This document shows, piece after piece, positions 20,480-28,200 of a DNA stretch of 32,000 nucleotides. The number at the start of each line of letters is the position of its first letter. Within the stretch, counting starts at the first letter, position 1. The position numbers and the translations under genes were made by a program. The DNA comes from Mycobacterium tuberculosis H37Rv. GTDB lineage: Bacteria > Actinomycetota > Actinomycetes > Mycobacteriales > Mycobacteriaceae. Below the pieces are notes generated by a model. The model saw only the letters and a program-made list of their open reading frames with translations. It did no database searches and had not been told where the DNA came from. Location of the stretch: assembly GCF_000195955.2 (NCBI RefSeq), contig NC_000962.3, positions 1,290,001 to 1,322,000 on the forward strand, written 5' to 3'.

Positions 20480-23299
20480 TCACCGCCAGGTCGTGCGCAG
20501 CTGGGTTGTCACCGAGAGCGGGTTATCGCCGCGGAACAGATCGAGGATGGCTTGCCCTTGTGGGGAGTCTGCTGGCAGTTGTCGGGGTGGGCCGATGTGC
20601 TTTCGCCATGCCTGTGCCAGATGTTGCCGCCGATCCTTGTTTCGTGCGAACCAGCGGGGCACGGCGTGCCAGGCAACCGTGCCGGGCAGCGATAGCCCGA
20701 CGACGGCACGAACCGCGAACAGCCTCCGGGCAACGGGCCGGGCGGGCGGCGTGAGGATCTTGCGTCCGATGAGGTAGCGCGGTTCGGCAAGCGGCGCCAG
20801 TAGCTCGTCGAGGGCCGCGGTGAACCGCAGGGACTGCTCGGTGGGCACGCCGTCGAGTTGACACCGGATCCAGCCTTCGGGGTCGGAGGCCAACCGTAGT
20901 GCCGCGGATCCTCGCTGTGCGCCGCCCGCGGCGTACAGCGCATCCGCGACGACGGCGGCCAGTTGCTCGAGCGCGTTGGGCGCGTGGTCCAGGCGGCGGC
21001 TTTCGGCCGCCGCAGCGGTTGCCACCAGGCCAACACCCGCCGCGACGATGGCGCCGGCCGTGCCGGCACCCGCCAGCATGCCGAGATTGGCGGAGGCAAC
21101 TGCGGTGGCGGTGCTGGCGCCGACCACGGAAACGGCGGCCACGGCACCCCTTGCCAGGCGGACCGGACTGAACTGTCCCGGCACCGGTGGGGTCAATGCC
21201 GAGGCGGGGATGCGGGGTGCGGCGACCCCGAGCGGCTGGCGGGAGCGCACGCGGATGGTTGCGACGTCGACTCCTTCGTAGGGCTCGCCGATTCGCCACC
21301 AGGATCTCGCCTGGGCGCGTTCGGCGACGCGCTGCAGCGCTCGCGCCGTGATGGCGTGGGTATCGGTGACCGGAGGACCGTACGGCGACAGCGACGGATC
21401 GCAGTGCGTCACACCCGATTCGATGAGCCCCTGCGGGGTTGCCGCGTAGTACCCGTCATGTTTGCGCACCAGGCGCAGGTAGTCGGCATCACCGCGCGGG
21501 TGTTCTGTGGCGATACAGCAGACCGACCAGTTGTCCGCCACCTTGTGACCGTCCGAGGGGTCGTTGCGGATGGCGCGGCCGCGCATCTGAGTGATCGCTG
21601 CCTGGGTGGTTGCGCTCGTCAGGTCGATATTGACGTTGACCGCCGCGCAGTCCCACCCTTCACCTAGTAGCGAACGGGTGCCGACCAGGACGCGGGCGCG
21701 GCCGGCCAGGAAGTATTCGGTAGCCAGCGCGACCCACGTACGTGGCGTGAAGCCGCCGGTGCCGCGCATGACCCGCAGACTAGGGTGGGCGTCAAGCGGC
21801 TCGGCGGTGACGAGCGCGCCGCGCTCGGCGCAGAAGGCGATCAGGTCATCTTCGATCGCGGCCGGGCAGGCGAAGGTTTGACCTGTTACCAGAAGGGCGT
21901 GCAGTGGGGTGCGGCGGCGGTGATCCGACGCGGCGAGCATGGCGGCAACCAGCTGGGCCGAACCCGACTGCTCGCTGACGGGTGCGCCCTTCAGCGATGT
22001 GGGAAGGGCGCCGGTCATCGATTCGAAATCGCAGAGCACCAGCGCCCGCAACCGCGCCCCCAAGACGGCGTCCTCGGTGTCGAGGATGTGCGCGGTCGCG
22101 GCGATCTTGGATTCGGACAGCGCGCACAGTCTGTCTACTGGCGAGGTCGCGACGCGTACGCCGCGACTGGTCAGCCGGTAGCCCAGGCCGGGTAGCACCC
22201 GCTTGATCGCGGTCAGCGCGTGCGCGTCGCGCGGATCCGCGCTTTGTTGCAGGTGCCCGACGCTGAAGTCGGTCAATACGTTAACCCAGTCCTGGGCATC
22301 GGGCGCAATTCGGTGCTGCTCGCGCAGGCGCACGCCGTCGGGTAGTGGAATCAGGCCGTCGTAGGCGAAGCGCAGGCCGCTGCACGCGAGGTCGGGTTCG
22401 GCACGCTCGAACGTCGACCAGGCGATCTGATTGCCCTCGCGCGTCGCTCGATCCACGATCCGGGTGTGCAGCCACGCGGCCAACGACATGCTGCCCACCT
22501 TTTGGTCGATGAGGGCCAGCATGAGGTCGGCGAAGCGCGCCCGGTGGGTGCCGATCCAGGCCTGCTCTTCGGGCGTCGGTTGGGTCAGATAGACCAACTC
22601 TTGGTAGGGAGCCAGGTCGCCTTCCCTAACCAGAGCGGGTGTCGGGATCACGAAGTCGGCGGTGCCGAACAGCTCATCATGCAGGGTGTGCTGCCACGCG
22701 GTGAGCTCTGTGGCCGGGGTCGCCGTTAGACCGATCAGCGCGGTCTGCGCTCCGAGGACCGACGCCAACGCACTGACCAGGGCGCCCCACGTAGCTAGCA
22801 GATGGTGGCACTCATCGAGCACCAGCGTCCACGGGCCTAGCGTCGCCGCCCGCTCGATCACCGCCCTCCCGTTGGGGTGCAGGAGATCCAGCAACGCTTG
22901 CTGGTCGCGGTTGCGCAGGACTTCCCGCCGGACTGTCGAATCGGTTTCGGCGTCGATGACGGCAAGCGACTGATACGTCAGGACGTTCATCGCCGAGGCA
23001 AGGCCACGCTCGGTTCCACACTTCGATGCCGACCGGTCCGACGACGGAAAACTGTTATCCCACGCGGCGGCCCACTGCGCCTGCACCGCCGTGTTGGGAA
23101 CCAACACCAAACTCCGGCGCCCCAGCCGGCGCGCTGCTTCCAGGCCGATCATCGTCTTGCCCGCACCCGGCGGCAGCACCAGATAGGCACGGTTGTCGCC
23201 GGCAGCGACGTCGGCGTCGAACGCGTCCAACGCTTGCTGTTGGTATACCCGCCAGTTGCCGGCAAAGGCCCGCGATTCCAGGTCGCGGTGAGGATCCAC
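20480..23299 (-). CDS. Large superfamily-2 helicase/ATPase (ResIII/DEAH-like core) with a hydrophobic Ala/Gly-rich segment and an unassigned C-terminal domain (Rv1179c-like)
   Basis: ORF 20480..23299 (GTG start). Motifs seen are Walker A PPGAGKT (codons at about 23153-23167), DECH box (22805-22816), motif III LTATP and motif VI QMRGRAIR. The hydrophobic stretch covers aa about 718-766 (21002-21148). Confidence 0.85.
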   Translation of the reverse strand: MDPHRDLESRAFAGNWRVYQQQALDAFDADVAAGDNRAYLVLPPGAGKTMIGLEAARRLGRRSLVLVPNTAVQAQWAAAWDNSFPSSDRSASKCGTERGLASAMNVLTYQSLAVIDAETDSTVRREVLRNRDQQALLDLLHPNGRAVIERAATLGPWTLVLDECHHLLATWGALVSALASVLGAQTALIGLTATPATELTAWQHTLHDELFGTADFVIPTPALVREGDLAPYQELVYLTQPTPEEQAWIGTHRARFADLMLALIDQKVGSMSLAAWLHTRIVDRATREGNQIAWSTFERAEPDLACSGLRFAYDGLIPLPDGVRLREQHRIAPDAQDWVNVLTDFSVGHLQQSADPRDAHALTAIKRVLPGLGYRLTSRGVRVATSPVDRLCALSESKIAATAHILDTEDAVLGARLRALVLCDFESMTGALPTSLKGAPVSEQSGSAQLVAAMLAASDHRRRTPLHALLVTGQTFACPAAIEDDLIAFCAERGALVTAEPLDAHPSLRVMRGTGGFTPRTWVALATEYFLAGRARVLVGTRSLLGEGWDCAAVNVNIDLTSATTQAAITQMRGRAIRNDPSDGHKVADNWSVCCIATEHPRGDADYLRLVRKHDGYYAATPQGLIESGVTHCDPSLSPYGPPVTDTHAITARALQRVAERAQARSWWRIGEPYEGVDVATIRVRSRQPLGVAAPRIPASALTPPVPGQFSPVRLARGAVAAVSVVGASTATAVASANLGMLAGAGTAGAIVAAGVGLVATAAAAESRRLDHAPNALEQLAAVVADALYAAGGAQRGSAALRLASDPEGWIRCQLDGVPTEQSLRFTAALDELLAPLAEPRYLIGRKILTPPARPVARRLFAVRAVVGLSLPGTVAWHAVPRWFARNKDRRQHLAQAWRKHIGPPRQLPADSPQGQAILDLFRGDNPLSVTTQLRTTWR

Positions 23300-23330
23300 A
23301 AGGATTCACCCTAGCCAAGCACCCACGTTG

Positions 23331-23395
23331 GGCGCGAAAGACGCAAAAGGCCCCGAATCCAACGGATTTCGGGGCCTTTTGCGTCTGCTCGCGCC
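23331..23395. other. Long near-perfect hairpin (18-bp perfect stem plus 7-bp outer stem) in a divergent intergenic region
   Basis: gacgcaaaaggccccgaa (23340-23357) pairs perfectly with ttcggggccttttgcgtc (23368-23385) across a 10-nt loop. The outer arms ggcgcga (23331-23337) and tcgcgcc (23389-23395) also pair across a small internal loop. Confidence 0.8.
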
Positions 23396-23724
23396 CGTGC
23401 GGCTCGTGCGGATCACACGCGCGGTGCATGCTGCTGTGGCTGTCGAGCAGTGTTGCTACCTTAACTTTCCCAGGCCTACGACGTCTGGTAGCGGCATGGC
23501 AACGGCCTGTGAGTTGGCTGGATAATGTGTTCTTCGTCGTGCTGTGGCCTGCAGATTAACAAGTCCCACAACAGTTTTCCCGTTGTATCGGACCTTGCAG
23601 CATGCGATGCTTTCGTCTTGAGCCACTACCATGAAGTTAGTACGCTAAACAATCCTGAGCCCGAATGTGTTGGTAAATGGGGTTTGGGAGCATTCACCCA
23701 CGGCTGGTACAGGGGGACTGCGTA

Positions 23725-25191
23725 GTGCGCACCGCAACCGCCACATCGGTCGCCGTTATCGGCATGGCTTGCCGGCTCCCGGGCGGCATCGATTCCCCAC
23801 AACGCCTCTGGGAAGCGCTGTTACGCGGCGACGATTTGGTGGGTGAGATTCCCGCTGACCGGTGGGACGCGAACGTGTACTACGACCCCGAACCTGGTGT
23901 CCCTGGTCGATCGGTATCGCGTTGGGGCGCCTTTCTGGACGACGTCGGCGGGTTTGACTGCGATTTCTTCGGCCTGACCGAGCGGGAGGCGACCGCGATC
24001 GACCCACAGCACCGCTTGCTGCTGGAAGTGTCGTGGGAGGCTATCGAGCACGCGGGTGTGGACCCGGCGACGCTCGCTGAATCACAAACAGGTGTCTTCG
24101 TAGGACTGACACACGGCGACTACGAGCTGCTGTCCGCGGATTGCGGCGCCGCGGAAGGACCGTACGGATTCACCGGCACCAGTAACAGTTTCGCGTCCGG
24201 GCGAGTGGCCTACACACTCGGACTGCATGGCCCCGCGGTCACGGTGGACACCGCGTGCTCGTCCGGGTTGACGGCTGTGCATCAAGCCTGCCGCAGCCTG
24301 GATGACGGTGAAAGCGATCTCGCTCTTGCCGGTGGTGTGGTTGTCACGCTAGAACCGCGGAAGTCCGTCTCGGGTTCCCTGCAAGGCATGTTGTCGCCTA
24401 CCGGGCGTTGCCATGCCTTCGACGAAGCAGCTGATGGCTTCGTGTCCGGTGAGGGGTGCGTGGTCCTGCTGCTGAAGCGGCTACCGGATGCGGTGCGCGA
24501 CGGTGATCGTGTGCTGGCGATCGTTCGTGGCACCGCAGCCAACCAGGATGGCCGCACCGTGAATATCGCGGCGCCGTCGGCGCAGGCTCAGATCGCGGTG
24601 TATCAGCAAGCGTTGGCTGCAGCGGGCGTCGAAGCGTCGACGGTGGGGATGGTCGAAGCCCACGGCACCGGCACCCCCGTTGGAGATCCGGTCGAATACG
24701 CGAGCCTGGCCGCGGTGTACGGAACCGAGGGTCCGTGCGCGCTGACGTCGGTGAAAACAAACTTCGGTCACCTGCAGTCGGCATCGGGGCCCCTGGGGTT
24801 GATGAAGACAATCCTGGCGTTGCGGCATGGGGTTGTGCCGCAGAACCTGCACTTCTGCCGGCTGCCTGATCAGCTGGCTGAGATTGACACTGAACTCTTT
24901 GTGCCGCAAGCGAATACATCCTGGCCGGACAACACCGGACAGCCACGTCGCGCTGCGGTTTCCTCGTATGGAATGTCGGGTACCAACGTGCATGCCATCT
25001 TGGAGCAAGCGCCGGTATCAGAACCAGCGGCTTCGGGACCTGAGCTCACTCCCGAAGCCGGTGGGCTGGCGTTGTTTCCGGTGTCGGCTACCTCGGCTGA
25101 GCAACTACACGTCACGGCCGCCCGGCTGGCGGATTGGGTCGACCAGAACGGCAACGCGGGCAGTCGAGTTAGCATGCGGGACCTGGGCTAA
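23725..25191 (+). CDS. pks3: Polyketide synthase fragment, ketosynthase domain only (pks3; 5' part of the interrupted Mas-like msl3 gene)
   Basis: Within ORF 23677..25191, GTG 23725 is preceded by AGGGGGA (23711-23717); ATG 23677 is an alternative start. The KS active-site [10 protein letters not shown] has its Cys codon at 24256-24258, and the EAHGTGT and NFGHL motifs are present. The ORF ends at TAA 25189-25191. Confidence 0.9.
   Translation: MRTATATSVAVIGMACRLPGGIDSPQRLWEALLRGDDLVGEIPADRWDANVYYDPEPGVPGRSVSRWGAFLDDVGGFDCDFFGLTEREATAIDPQHRLLLEVSWEAIEHAGVDPATLAESQTGVFVGLTHGDYELLSADCGAAEGPYGFTGTSNSFASGRVAYTLGLHGPAVTVDTACSSGLTAVHQACRSLDDGESDLALAGGVVVTLEPRKSVSGSLQGMLSPTGRCHAFDEAADGFVSGEGCVVLLLKRLPDAVRDGDRVLAIVRGTAANQDGRTVNIAAPSAQAQIAVYQQALAAAGVEASTVGMVEAHGTGTPVGDPVEYASLAAVYGTEGPCALTSVKTNFGHLQSASGPLGLMKTILALRHGVVPQNLHFCRLPDQLAEIDTELFVPQANTSWPDNTGQPRRAAVSSYGMSGTNVHAILEQAPVSEPAASGPELTPEAGGLALFPVSATSAEQLHVTAARLADWVDQNGNAGSRVSMRDLG
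23749..25013 (+). other. KS domain (approximate boundaries by eye)
   Basis: From [13 protein letters not shown] to [12 protein letters not shown]. Confidence 0.8.
25189..25191 (+). other. In-frame TAA nonsense codon separating pks3 from pks4
   Basis: pks3 and pks4 are in the same reading frame. The 14 codons between the TAA and GTG 25234 contain no stop and read [14 protein letters not shown], which looks like a KS-AT linker. Confidence 0.9.
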
Positions 25192-25233
25192 ACGCTGTCC
25201 TGCCGCCGTGCACACCGACCCGTCCGGACGGTT

Positions 25234-28200
25234 GTGACGGCGAGCAGTTTTGACGAGCTGAGCGCGGCGCTGCGGGACGTCGCTGGCGATCAGATTCCCT
25301 ATCAGCCCGCAGTGGGGCACGACGACCGCGGGCCGGTGTGGGTGTTCTCCGGGCAAGGCTCTCAGTGGCCCGGGATGGGCACTGAACTGCTGGTAGCCGA
25401 ACCGGTGTTCGCCGCCACCGTCGCGGCGATGGAGCCGGTGATCGCTAGGGAGTCAGGGTTTTCGGTGACCGAAGCGATGTCGGCGCCACAGACGGTCAGC
25501 GGTATTGACCGGGTGCAGCCCACCATCTTCGCGGTGCAGGTCGCCCTGGCCGCGGCCCTGAAGTCGTATGGGGTACGTCCTGGTGCCATCATCGGGCACT
25601 CGCTCGGCGAGGCTGCGGCAGCCGTGGTCGCCGGAGCACTGTCGCTGCACGACGGATTGCGAGTCATCTGCCGGCGCTCGCGGCTGATGTCGCGCATCGC
25701 CGGTAGTGGCGCGATGGCATCGGTGGAACTGCCCGGCCAACAAGTGTTGTCAGAACTTGCGATTCGTGGGATCTCCGACGTCGTGCTCTCGGTGGTTGCC
25801 TCTCCGACCTCAACCGTCGTCGGCGGCGCCACGCAGTCGATACGTGACCTGGTGGCGGCCTGGGAGCAGCAGGATGTGCTGGCGCGCGAGGTAGCTGTGG
25901 ACGTCGCTTCACATACACCGCAGGTCGATCCCATCCTGGACGAGTTGCTCGAGGTCCTGGCCGAGGTCGATCCGACGGCGCCGGAAATTCCGTATTACTC
26001 CGCAACGTTGTGGGATCCGCGCGAGCGACCGTCGTTCACCGGCGAGTACTGGGTGGAAAACCTGCGGTACACGGTGCGATTCGCGGCGGCGGTACAGGCC
26101 GCGCTCAAGGACGGGTACCGAGTGTTCGGCGAGCTGGCTCCGCATCCGCTGCTCACCTACGCGGTCGAGCAGAACGCCGCCAGTCTCGACATGCCGATCG
26201 CAACGCTTGCCGCGATGCGGCGCGGGGAACAGCTGCCGTTCGGGTTGCGCGGCTTCGTCGCCGACGTGCACAACGCCGGCGCCAAGGTGGACTTCTCTGT
26301 CCAGTACCCTGATGGGCGCTTGGTGGATGCGCCATTGCCGAGCTGGACGCACCGCACCCTGATGCTCAGCCGTGAGGATTCACACCGCTCGCACACCGGC
26401 GCGGTCCAGGCGGTTCATCCGCTGCTTGGGGCCCATGTGCACCTGTTGGAGGAACCGGAGCGTCACGTCTGGCAGGCCGGGGTTGGCACCGGGGCGCATC
26501 CGTGGCTCGGTGACCATCGGATACACAACGTGGCTGCGTTTCCCGGTGCGGCCTACTGTGAGATGGCATTGGCCGCGGCGCGCACCACTCTTGGCGAGCT
26601 GTCGGAGGTGCGCGACATCAAGTTCGAGCAGACGCTGTTGCTGGACGAGCAGACGGTGGTCTCATCGGCCGCGACGATCGCCGCGCCTGGGATCCTACAG
26701 TTCGCAGTCGAGAGTCATCAGGAAGGCGAGCCCGCACGGCGGGCCAGCGCGATGCTGCACGCATTGGAGGAGATGCCGCAGCCGCCCGGGTACGACACGA
26801 ACGCTCTGACCGCCGCCCATGAGTCCAGCATGAGCGGTGAGGAACTGCGAAAAATGTTTAACAGCTTAGGTATTCAGTATGGTCCGGCTTTTTCAGGCCT
26901 AGTTGCGGTGCACACGGCGCGCGGGGACGTCACCACAGTGCTCGCCGAGGTCGCGCTGCCTGGAGCCATCCGATCTCAGCAGTCGGCATATGCCAGCCAC
27001 CCGGCCCTGCTTGATGCGTGTTTCCAGTCGGTGCTTGTTCATCCCGAGGTCCAGAAGGCGACTGTCGGTGGTCTGATGCTGCCCGTGGGCGTGCGTAGGC
27101 TGCGCAACTATCACTCGACGCGCAGCGCGCACTACTGCCTCGCCCGGGTCACGTCATCGTCGCGAGCCGGCGAATGCGAAGCCGATCTCGACGTGTTCGA
27201 CCAGGCCGGAACGGTACTTTTGACCGTCGAGGGATTACGGCTGGCCGCAGGGATTTCCGAACATGAACGCGCGAACCGGGTGTTCGACGAGCGATTGTTG
27301 ACCATCGAGTGGGAGCGGGGTGAGCTGCCTGAGGTGCCGCAGATCGATGCGGGATCCTGGCTGCTGCTCAGTGCGTCCGAAGCTGATCCGCTGACCGCGC
27401 AACTCGCCGACGCGTTGAATGCCGTTGGTGCCCAGAGCACTAGCGTGGCTTCGGCGTCGGATGTCGCACAATTGCGTTCGCTGCTCGGAGGCAGGCTCAC
27501 CGGTGTTGTCGTGGTGACTGGCCCGCCAACGGGTGGTTTGACACAGTGCGGCCGCGACTATGTGTCACAGCTGGTGGGTATTGCCCGCGAGCTCGCGGAG
27601 CTGCCCGGTGAGCCGCCGCGGCTGTTCGTGGTGACCAGGAGCGCGGCGAGCGTGCTGCCGAGCGATCTTGCCAACTTGGAACAGGCGGGATTGCGTGGAC
27701 TGATGCGGGTGATCGATTCCGAGCATCCGCACCTGGGTGCCACCGCAATCGACGTCGACAACGACGAGACCGTCGCTGCCCTGGTGGCCAGCCAACTACA
27801 GAGCGGGTCGCAGGAGGACGAAACCGCTTGGCGCAATGGCATTTGGTACACCGCCCGGCTGCGTCCCGGTCCGTTACGCCCGGCCGAACGGCGAACCGCC
27901 GTCGTCGAATACAGACGCGACGGTATGCGCCTGCAGATCCGCACTCCCGGCGACCTCGAGTCGTTGGAGTTCGTCACATTCGACCGGGTCGCGCCGGGAC
28001 CGGGCGAGATCGAGGTCGCGGTGACCGCATCGAGTGTCAACTTCGCCGACGTTCTGGTCGCTTTCGGGCGGTATCCCACCTTCGAGGGCTACCGACAGCA
28101 GTTGGGCATCGACTTCGCCGGTGTGGTGACCGCGGTCGGGCCGGATGTCACCGAGCATCGGATCGGTGATCACGTCGGCGGCATGTCCGCCAATGGCTGC

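Noticed and set aside
23328-23525. 65-aa plus-strand ORF in the helicase/pks3 intergenic region
   Set aside because: It runs straight through the 23331-23395 hairpin, has no SD and no recognisable motif. The RNA or DNA structure better explains this stretch.
25189-25234. Frameshift or sequencing-type indel between pks3 and pks4
   Set aside because: Both ORFs are in the same frame and the gap translates cleanly. The interruption is a single nonsense codon, not a frameshift.
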